A DNA stretch of 32,000 bases. It comes from an uncultured Syntrophorhabdus sp. (GTDB lineage Bacteria; Desulfobacterota; Syntrophorhabdia; Syntrophorhabdales; Syntrophorhabdaceae). The DNA is taken from positions 21,742 through 53,741 of the forward strand of contig CAYYKG010000018.1 in the NCBI GenBank assembly GCA_964468285.1, in the 5' to 3' direction. The notes beneath the pieces are model-generated. The model did no database searches, was not told where the DNA came from, and saw only the letters and a program-made list of their open reading frames with translations. The position numbers were made by a program, and so were the translations under genes. Within the stretch, counting starts at the first letter, position 1, and each line of letters opens with the position of its first letter. This document shows, piece after piece, positions 8,185-15,900 of the stretch.

Positions 8185-8382
8185 TACCTCCGTGAAGGAT
8201 GTCTCGCTGCCCACCACGCTTACGCGGTCAAGGGCGTTGTACTCGTAGGTGGTGGTGACGGAGGCGGTAGAGAAGGAAGGGATGAAGAAAACAAGTGTTG
8301 TGAGGAATAGTAACGCCAGAAATTTATAGACGAGACCAGAATTAGTCTTTCGATCTGATACTGAACTGGAAATGACTATCAT
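8173..8382 (-). CDS. Rhs-like leader fragment (signal peptide + first YD repeat), out of frame with orphan rhs fragment 1
   Basis: ATG 8382 with a perfect GGAGGAGG 5 nt upstream gives MIVISSSVSDRKTNSGLVYKFLALLFLTTLVFFIPSFSTA SVTTTYEYNALDRVSVVG. This is homologous to the FG-GAP protein N-terminus (53/55 nt identical, 8210-8264 vs 5889-5943). The TGA stop overlaps the GTG of 6938-8176 (GTGA). Confidence 0.6.
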   Translation of the reverse strand: MIVISSSVSDRKTNSGLVYKFLALLFLTTLVFFIPSFSTASVTTTYEYNALDRVSVVGSETSFTEVYPR

Positions 8383-8475
8383 TAATTCCTCCTCCGGACT
8401 ATGATAATGCAAATGTCATCTGTCCACTTTGAAAACAAAAGTCTCCCTCAATCACCCGTATTTCAGTGATGTTAC

Positions 8476-9078
8476 TTACATTAACCGCCACCAGAGTTCT
8501 TTGAGATAACAGGCTCTGATTTCCAAAGATAATAGCAACCGACGCAATTCATACAAATTCAAGAGTTGGCGGGGATAATCGCGGACATTGGACGAAAAAA
8601 CGATTTCAAAAGCAGTGATTGCTTGTCTTGCCTCCGATATCATATCACCTAAGAATTGATTCTTGATTTCTTCAGGATTATCTGGCATTTCGATCGCAAT
8701 GTGCATTACGTTGCCCTGGTTACTTGAAGAACCTATTCTAGAAGAACCATTTTTCGTAATATTCTGTTGAAGGATATCCTCAATGGAAAAAAAGTAAATG
8801 CCAAAAACGGCTGAATGGTAGGCCAAATCCTCAAGTATTGGAAGTAAATCTTGAAACACTCCGGCCCGAGGCTTCTGATGATTTTGGTTAGTCTCTTGTA
8901 TGATGCTATCGAGATGTGAATAGATTTCGGATACGTTAGACACGCCAAATCCTATCCATTGATCCGCGTTCTCCGACAAGATGCTTGTGCCCGACGTAAA
9001 TATCGTATCTACCGATCCAGGCGAATTTCTAATCTTCTCGCAAATATCTTCAAAATATCTTCTGATCTTCTCATTCAT
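8476..9078 (-). CDS. AT-rich hypothetical protein; positional candidate immunity for the orphan-2 toxin
   Basis: ATG 9078 with AAGGAG 7 nt upstream, 4 nt after the orphan-2 stop. The track start 9183 would overlap the toxin gene. 200 aa, no recognised motif. Confidence 0.55.
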   Translation of the reverse strand: MNEKIRRYFEDICEKIRNSPGSVDTIFTSGTSILSENADQWIGFGVSNVSEIYSHLDSIIQETNQNHQKPRAGVFQDLLPILEDLAYHSAVFGIYFFSIEDILQQNITKNGSSRIGSSSNQGNVMHIAIEMPDNPEEIKNQFLGDMISEARQAITAFEIVFSSNVRDYPRQLLNLYELRRLLLSLEIRACYLKELWWRLM

Positions 9079-9082
9079 CGAA

Positions 9083-10111
9083 TCACTCCTTATCAAAAGG
9101 TGGAAATTTATTCGGATGTTCTGGATACTTCTTTGACCAATCTTGAGTACATATCGAATTGTATACATTTGCCGCGTATACATTATCAGATGTACTGAGT
9201 TTTCCGGCAGCGGCGGCTTTTCTCAAACAAGCTAGGAGAGCGCTGCATGGTTTTGGATGCCGAGGTAATCCATCGACCCCAACATGTTTTTCAACTTGTT
9301 TAGCATAACCTTTACAGCTAATACCACTATCGCATTTATCCGGTGATTCTGTTCCCATCCTCTTCACGATTTCAGTAATCGTTTTAGCCAAAATTGCTAT
9401 TGCAGGAGGGCCGTAGATTAGAAGCGGCGGTATGGCAATAGCGGCAAGTCCTTCTTTGTCCGTTCTATTTATAGGCTGATTCTCCGTGTAAACATACGGA
9501 TCTATCCCACCCTCCAGCCCTATCGGGTCAGGGGTGAGGTACCTTCCCGTCCTGGGGTCGTAGTACCGGTTCCAGTTGTAGTGGAGGTTCGTCTCAGAGT
9601 CGAAGTACTGGCCGGGGAACCTGAGGTTGTTCGTTATGGTGGAGGAGCCGGCGACCTCAGCGTGTCCGAAGCCGTGGTAGGCTGCCTGCCAGGCGACGGT
9701 TCCGGCGGAGTTCGTCATGACCCTCGGGGTGTTGATGTGGTCGGTGTGGAAGTAGTACACCGTATCGGTGGGTCTCACGGTGGCAAGGGGCATGTCGGAG
9801 AGGTAGACGTGCTCAGCGAGGGTGACACCCGTCCCGTCCGTCTCCGCTATCAGGTGTCCGTTCACATCGTAGTGGAATATCCTCGTCTCGGCGGGTGTCG
9901 TCTTCTTCACCCGGAGGTTATTTGCATCGTAGACGTAGGAGGCGATCTGCGTCTCGTTGTCGGTGATCGCGGTGAGCCTGTTCGTAAGGTCGTAGGTGAA
10001 GGTGCGGGTGCCCTCGGTGATGATGTTCCCGCCCGCGTCATGGGTAAGGGTCGCCGTGGGGGTGCCCGTTATGGTCGTGAGGCGGTTCGTTCGGTTTCTG
10101 GTTTCTGTCAT
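9083..10111 (-). CDS. Orphan rhs fragment 2: ~220 aa of RHS core plus a unique 120-aa C-terminal domain
   Basis: Homologous to the full rhs from NRLTTITGTPTATLTHD onward, but diverged at nucleotide level (9488-10090 vs 13402-14004). Core end is DPIGLEGGIDPYVYTENQPINRTDKEGL. The tail (9086-9445) begins with a hydrophobic stretch AAIAIPPLLIYGPPAIAILA. Its ATG overlaps the upstream gene's stop (ATGA at 10108-10111). Confidence 0.85.
   Translation of the reverse strand: MTETRNRTNRLTTITGTPTATLTHDAGGNIITEGTRTFTYDLTNRLTAITDNETQIASYVYDANNLRVKKTTPAETRIFHYDVNGHLIAETDGTGVTLAEHVYLSDMPLATVRPTDTVYYFHTDHINTPRVMTNSAGTVAWQAAYHGFGHAEVAGSSTITNNLRFPGQYFDSETNLHYNWNRYYDPRTGRYLTPDPIGLEGGIDPYVYTENQPINRTDKEGLAAIAIPPLLIYGPPAIAILAKTITEIVKRMGTESPDKCDSGISCKGYAKQVEKHVGVDGLPRHPKPCSALLACLRKAAAAGKLSTSDNVYAANVYNSICTQDWSKKYPEHPNKFPPFDKE
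9488..10090. repeat. Diverged third copy of the rhs core segment (aligns to 13402-14004)
   Basis: Collinear at offset 3914 with scattered substitutions, about 4-8 per 60 nt in the lines I compared. Confidence 0.8.
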
Positions 10112-10452
10112 TCTTTCTTCATCTTGTTTTTCTGACGCCTAACACTCAGCCGATAAATGATAAATTCGTTTAATATAACAAACGACAATAAGATTAGACC
10201 TCGGGCATATATCGAGTCGGGTATATCTATACGCGATAGCCCTGATGCATTCAGTATCCCTATGCATAATGCCCCCACTAGACTCCAAGGTGAGGCAACT
10301 ACCACAAGAAACAGAGCTGCAAATTGATCCGTTGAATCCGCCGTGGCAAAATATAGGAAAGATGGAATCACAAGGATAGTGTAAACAATGTTACCCAAAT
10401 ACGATTTGATGAATTGTCTCATTTTCGCCTCTTGAAAACCTCTCATGGACAT
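10108..10452 (-). CDS. Small multi-pass membrane protein; candidate immunity for the PLA2-like toxin
   Basis: 114 aa with about three hydrophobic helices, visibly AT-rich, overlapping the 3' end of the toxin cassette. An alternative ATG at 10446 forms ATGA with the toxin stop. Confidence 0.6.
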   Translation of the reverse strand: MSMRGFQEAKMRQFIKSYLGNIVYTILVIPSFLYFATADSTDQFAALFLVVVASPWSLVGALCIGILNASGLSRIDIPDSIYARGLILLSFVILNEFIIYRLSVRRQKNKMKKE

Positions 10453-10847
10453 CCACAGTATTGTCTGGCCTTCTTGAAAGCAGGTTTCGCTCCGAAAGAT
10501 ACTGCTGCATAATAGATACTAGCAGCCGAAGTGCATGACTGGAATAAGCCAGGGATAGCGATATACTTGAAACAAATCTTTTGCATACTGACGAAAAATG
10601 CAAGGTCACATGCTGCCTTATTTCTTCCTTGTTTCTCGCCTACACAACCATAACAGTCATCATGAGCTTGACAGGGTTTGGAGAAGTCCAGAACCCAAAA
10701 CGGTCGATCAGGAACCCACTTGGCATCTTCATTCCCGCAAGGACCGGGAAACAATCCCATGACATCAGTTTTGTTCACCGGGTTATTGTCCGCGTGATAC
10801 CGTCGGAAAACCCCCTCGTTGACCTCGGTATTTGCCATCATCGCCAT
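10443..10847 (-). CDS. Orphan Rhs-CT cassette: residual core end + phospholipase A2-like toxin domain
   Basis: RYHADNNPVNKTDVMGL is a degenerate Y..NNP....DP.GL core terminus. Downstream, PCQAHDDCYGC (10644-10673) matches the PLA2 catalytic C-x-x-H-D-x-C-Y signature and GPCGNED could be a Ca-loop. An in-frame TGA lies about 11 codons upstream of the ATG, so there is no attached Rhs body. Confidence 0.7.
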   Translation of the reverse strand: MAMMANTEVNEGVFRRYHADNNPVNKTDVMGLFPGPCGNEDAKWVPDRPFWVLDFSKPCQAHDDCYGCVGEKQGRNKAACDLAFFVSMQKICFKYIAIPGLFQSCTSAASIYYAAVSFGAKPAFKKARQYCGCP

Positions 10848-10899
10848 TCTCAGATCGTCCGTTGTGCCGTTTTCATCAATGCGTCTTCAATGAAGGGTT

Positions 10900-12640
10900 T
10901 CATTCTGCTATTCGTGCGCCTGTTCGCCAGGGCAGCCCCTGTCCTTTTCATATCCATCATGCGGGAACGAACCCTATCTTCGGCTTGAGCTTCTCGATCT
11001 CCAGCTTGATCCACCGCTTTATGTTCACGACGGCTGCGGTGAAGTAGCACTGGAGCCTTACCTTATTGAGGCCCCGGTACCTCGCCCTCCTTAAGCCGTG
11101 ATAACGGACCATCTCGGAAAGCTTCCCCTCGATGGGCGGCCTCAATCTCATGTCCTCCCTGAAGGCCTCCGTACGGTTGTATATCTCGGCATCACGGAGG
11201 ACCCTGTTGAACCTGCTGATGCATACAGTCCGTCTCTTCTCCGAAGATACGGTGCATTGACTGTTGCGGGGGCACCTCGTGCAGATAGGCCGTGGGAAGT
11301 GGTAGACCGCTATTGACCGGCCCTTTTCATAGGATGCGGGGTTTGTCGTCACACCTTCGGGACAGGTAAGGGTCATGGTCTCCTCGTTGTGGTGGAACAG
11401 TCTCTTGGGAAGGACGGCGCGTGTCGTGTTGTTGGGGATCTTCAAGGGGGCGATAACCTTTGTTCCCAGATCCCTCAGGGCCCTGCGGTGTATACCGTTA
11501 CTGTACGCGGTGTCCCCGATGAGCTTTGGTGGCTTGAGCCCGTGAGGGTGCTGTTCGAGGATAGAGATTGTCGTCACATCGCCGTCGGGGCGGTTCCCCG
11601 GTATTGCCTGGATGCTCGTGATGAAACGGCTCTTCGTCGTTTCCGTGATGTTTGCCTTGTAGCCCGTGAAGCGTTTGCTCCTAGACTTGGCGCCGTAGCG
11701 GGCATCGGGATCGACGGGTGAGACGAGGATGTCCTTCGGTTTGCCTGAGTAGGGCATCTCCCGTGGCCCCTCGTTATCTTCCTCTATGTTCTCCCTGAGG
11801 ATGCGGCGGAGCATGCCGGCGGGTTCAGTGATAACGGGATCGTCAATGTCCTTTATATGGTCGAGGACCTTTTTGGCGTCCTTCACCACGTCGACGAGGG
11901 CCCGTTTCTTCTTCTCCATATCCATGCGACCGGGGTGATCGTGGTTGATCTCGTTCCTCTCATAGGGGGCGAGGTCGATGTCGGAGGATATGGCAGACAG
12001 GATACGGGTATGCTTCTTCTGAAGGGGCTTCAAGACCTCGAAGATTCCCCTCTTGACGAGGCCTATCATGGTGGGGATGGCGATGTCGGCGATGACGTGG
12101 GTGGCGTCGATCCTCTGGATCTCGTTCTTCTCGATGAGACCGTCATCTATGAGGGCGGAGAGTATCCTGTCGAAGACCTCCTTCTCCTTCCCGTTCACGA
12201 GGAGCCTCTTCCTGAAGTCGTGGAGGGAGGAGTGGTCGAAGGGACGCTCGTCTATGGAGAGATTGAGGGCGTACTTGATCTCGATGTCGTAGGTGCAGGC
12301 CCTTTCCATCTGCCTGTCCGAGAGGTCCCGGTGAAACTGGAGGATCGTCGCCATGGCGAGAAGGGAGGGAGCGATGGCGGGACGTCCGTTGTCCCTGCAG
12401 TACATCTGCCTGAAGTCCTCGTCCTTGATGAGGGGATACACGGTCTGCCGGAACCTGCGGTAGAAGCTGTCCTCGGGGATCAGCCTCTCGCAGAGGGAGT
12501 CGGTATCGAAGAAGCTTGCCTGCCTGCACGTGGGTCGGAGCATGCTTAAGAGGTCCTTTCGGTTGTAGGGTATAGATCCATTATACCTCGTAGATGGTTG
12601 CAAATAAAGAGGCTTCGACCATTTACATGGCGCATTTTCT
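10900..12640 (-). mobile_element. Insertion sequence (IS1182/IS5-type); ends not resolved
   Basis: Single transposase gene sitting between the rhs immunity candidate and the orphan PLA2 cassette. I could not identify convincing terminal inverted repeats or a target duplication by eye, so the boundaries are approximate. Confidence 0.55.
10957..12543 (-). CDS. DDE transposase, IS1182/IS5 superfamily
   Basis: I chose ATG 12543 (MLRPTCRQASFFD...). InsH-type N-terminal domain (DNGRPAIAPSLLAMATILQFHRDLSDRQMERACTYDIEIKYALNL). DDE candidates are RIDATHV, LIGDTAYS and PPIEGKLSEM. Cys cluster CPEG...CTRCPRNSQC. Family tail is GLRRARYRGLNKVRLQCYFTAAVVNIKRW. Confidence 0.9.
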   Translation of the reverse strand: MLRPTCRQASFFDTDSLCERLIPEDSFYRRFRQTVYPLIKDEDFRQMYCRDNGRPAIAPSLLAMATILQFHRDLSDRQMERACTYDIEIKYALNLSIDERPFDHSSLHDFRKRLLVNGKEKEVFDRILSALIDDGLIEKNEIQRIDATHVIADIAIPTMIGLVKRGIFEVLKPLQKKHTRILSAISSDIDLAPYERNEINHDHPGRMDMEKKKRALVDVVKDAKKVLDHIKDIDDPVITEPAGMLRRILRENIEEDNEGPREMPYSGKPKDILVSPVDPDARYGAKSRSKRFTGYKANITETTKSRFITSIQAIPGNRPDGDVTTISILEQHPHGLKPPKLIGDTAYSNGIHRRALRDLGTKVIAPLKIPNNTTRAVLPKRLFHHNEETMTLTCPEGVTTNPASYEKGRSIAVYHFPRPICTRCPRNSQCTVSSEKRRTVCISRFNRVLRDAEIYNRTEAFREDMRLRPPIEGKLSEMVRYHGLRRARYRGLNKVRLQCYFTAAVVNIKRWIKLEIEKLKPKIGFVPA

Positions 12641-12643
12641 GAT

Positions 12644-12895
12644 TTATCGATGTAATCTCCCCTCCCGTCTTCTTCTGACTATCAATCGGCCGATTTTAAA
12701 CATTAAAACCAAGACACCTAAGGCAGCTGTGATGAGCACAGTGTTAATCATTGCAAATAGCAGAACACCGGAAACGCCTACGGAGTCTGCATTTGGCCAG
12801 TTCTCTCTAACGATCTGATAGATGATGTTCAACAGAAGTATGACCGCTACTGCCATAAGCCAGTGTTTAGTCTTCATCTTTCCTCGCTCCATCAC
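12644..12895 (-). CDS. Small two-helix membrane protein; candidate immunity for the main Rhs toxin
   Basis: Starts 8 nt after the rhs stop and is visibly AT-rich. Two hydrophobic helices and an Arg-rich tail. ATG 12877 preceded by GAGGA is an equally plausible start. Confidence 0.6.
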   Translation of the reverse strand: MMERGKMKTKHWLMAVAVILLLNIIYQIVRENWPNADSVGVSGVLLFAMINTVLITAALGVLVLMFKIGRLIVRRRREGRLHR

Positions 12896-12903
12896 ATAAG
12901 AGG

Positions 12904-15900
12904 CTAGTTGTTTTCATGTCTACCCATCATATCAGGCGCAGAAGAAGGCACCGTGAAAAGTCTGTTTCGCTTGTAAGGGGGTTTGCTTGCATCACGAGGC
13001 CGGTTTGGCCAAGATCCAGCCTTGCTGAGCCCACAGTTTTCAAGGGCTGTGGCCACGCAATGACAGCAATTGTACATGGTAAGGTAGTAGTCGAATGCTC
13101 TGCATTTTCTCATTTCTCGCCTTACACAGGCATCACTCCCGCAGCCTACCGTAGGACTAAACTTGGCGGCACCGGGATTAGCGTCTGGCCCAATTCCCTG
13201 ATTTGTAAAACTCAATGTATCGTCATTGCGACCATTGAACCTGACAAAGCAGTGTCGTGCGTACGGTACTGCATAAGGATAAAACGTTCGAACCCCTACT
13301 TCCACAAATAGGCCTTTCGGGTCGACGCGGTTCATGGGACTATTGTTCGTGTAAACGAAAAGGTTCGGTTCATTCAGCAAGGGTTTTCCGACAGTATCCG
13401 CGTAAACATACGGATCTATCCCTCCCTCCAGCCCTATCGGGTCAGGGGTGAGGTACCTCCCTGTCCTGGGGTCGTAGTAGCGGTTCCAGTTGTAGTGGAG
13501 GTTCGTCTCGGCATCGAAGTACTGCCCGGGGAAGCGTATGTTGTTCGTTATGGTGGAGGCGCCGTCGACCTCCGCGTGTCCGAAGCCGTGGTAGGCGGCC
13601 TGCCAGGCAACGGTGCCGGCAGAGTTCGTCATGACCCTCGGGGTGTTGATGTGGTCGGTGTGGAAGTAGTACACCGTATCGGTGGGCCTCACGGTGGCAA
13701 GGGGCATGTCGGAGAGGTAGACGTATTCGACAAGGGTATTCCCGGCGGTGTCCGTCTCCGCTATCAGATGTCCGTTCACATCGTAGTGGAATATCCTCGT
13801 CTCGGCGGGTGTCGCCTTCTTCACCCGGAGGTTGCGTGCATCATAGACGTAGGAGGCGATCTCAGTCTCATTGTCGGTAACCGCGGTGAGCCTGTTCGTA
13901 AGGTCGTAGGTGAAGGTGCGGGTGCCTTCGGTGATGATGTTCCCGTTAGCATCATGGGTGAGGGTCGCCGTGGGGGTGCCCGTTATGGTCGTGAGGCGGT
14001 TCGTCCCGGACTCATAGGCGTAGGTGGTGGAGTCGATGTACTGCCCGGGGGCGCTGCCGATCGTATCCGTTATGGAGGTGACGTTGCCGCTGGCGTCATA
14101 ACCGTAGGAGAGGGACAGGACGGAGCCGGCGGTGATCGAGGAGAGGCGGTACTGGTTGTCCCATGTCTGAGTGAGGGAGAGGCTGTTCCCGTAGGTCAGG
14201 GACGCGATCCCCCCGAAGGGCATGTAGGTGATGGATGAGGCGAGGGTGACGGGGGTGCCCTGGGTCGTCATGCTCACCTGGGATACCCTCTGCACCGTGT
14301 CCATGGTATAGCTTACCACCCTTCCCGACGGATAGGTAACGGAAGTGAGAATGTTGTTCTTGTTGTAGGTGTACTGGGTCGTGTAGGAGACGCTGTTCAC
14401 GACCTTGTCCTCCCGCACCATGTTTCCCTGGGCGTCATAGGAGAAGGTGTAGGTGCCGGAGGGGTCCGTCCGCCCCGTGAGCCTTCCGATACCGTAGGTG
14501 ACGGAGGTGGAGTCGTAGGTGAAGGTTATGTTCTGCGTGGAGTCGGAGGGGAACTGGACGGAGGTTATCCGGTTGAGGGCGTCGTAGCCGTAGTTGACGA
14601 CGGTGCTTCTCGCGTCCGTCATCTGGGTCACGTTGCCGGCGGGATCGTGGACGTACTTCGTCGTCCCCGTGTCGGGGGAGACGACCTGATTGAGCCTGCC
14701 GAAGTCGTCATAGGCGTACTGGGTGGTGAAGGTGTTGGGGTCGACTATGGACGAGGGGTTGTCCTGGGTGTCATAGTTGTAGCTCGTGAGGTTCGACCCC
14801 GGCCTCGTCATGGTCCGGGCCCTGTCGAGGGCATCCCAGGTGAAGGAGGTGGTGTTGTCCCTCGGGTTCCTCACGGCGGTCCTCTCCGACCTCTCGTTGT
14901 AGGTGTACTGGGTGTAGGTGGAGTCGGGGTTCACGATCCGGTAGATGTTGTTGTAGGCGTCGTAGGTGAGGTCGAGGTACTTCTTGAGGACATTACCGGG
15001 ATCCCTGACCTCCTCGCGGGTGCGGTTGCCCTCCACGTCGTAGGAGTACGTGATCTTGTTCCCCTGGTTGTCCTGTATCCCGGTGAGCCTGTCGGCGAGG
15101 TTGTAGGTGTAGTCTATCCTGTTGCCCTCGGGGGGTATGACGTAGGAGAGGTTCCCCCTGCCGTCGTAGAAGTACTGGATCTGACCGTTCGTCGACTGGT
15201 TCGTGGAGGTGAGAAGGCGGTTCCTCTGGTCGTAGGTGTGCACCGTGACGACACCGTCGGGGGCGGTGATCGTCCCCGCGTTGCCGTTCGCATCGTAGTT
15301 GGAGAAGGTTGTCACCTGTCCCAGGGCGTTCGTGATCGTGTAGAGGCGGCCCCGGTTGTTGCCCTCTTCTGCCGTGTTGGCGTAGTAGGCAAGCGTCGTC
15401 GTGTCCGTCACGTCCGTGCGGGGACCGTTGATCTCGGCGAGCTGTCCCAGGGCGTTGTACTGGTAGGAGGTGGTATAGGTCCTCTGGACAGGTGACCCGT
15501 CGACGAGGACATAGCCCGTTACCGTCACCGAGGAGACGTTGCCCGCGGTATCGTAGGCGGTCGTTATCACCTTCGACTGGCCGGTACTCACGACACTCGG
15601 CTTCGTCTCGGACCTCTCAGTGAGGAGGAAGGGGTCGTCGGTGCGGTGGGTGTAGGCGTATGTCGTCTCCCTCTCCTCGGCGAGACCGTAGGCCTCCTTC
15701 ATGCTCGTCACCTCTCCCACGTAGTCCCAGAAGCTCGTGGGGGCGTCATAGGTGTAGTGGGTGGTGTACGCCTGGCTCTCGGAGGTGCGGGTGACGTCCG
15801 TCAGGGTGCCCCGGGTGTCGTAGGTGAAGGACTTGTGCAGGCTCCCCCCGCAGGTCGAGCCGCACCCGTCCACGGCGGTCACGAGGCGTATGCCGTCGTT

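Noticed and set aside
11857-12549. 230-aa plus-strand ORF inside the IS
   Set aside because: Antisense to the transposase gene, acidic/Gly/Val low-complexity, no start context.
6938-14285. Repeated 0.6-0.8-kb segments separated by unique sequence, considered as a CRISPR-like or tandem array
   Set aside because: The repeats are hundreds of bp long and are in-frame rhs core coding sequence. The unique segments between them are toxin/immunity genes. Nothing has CRISPR repeat size or spacing.
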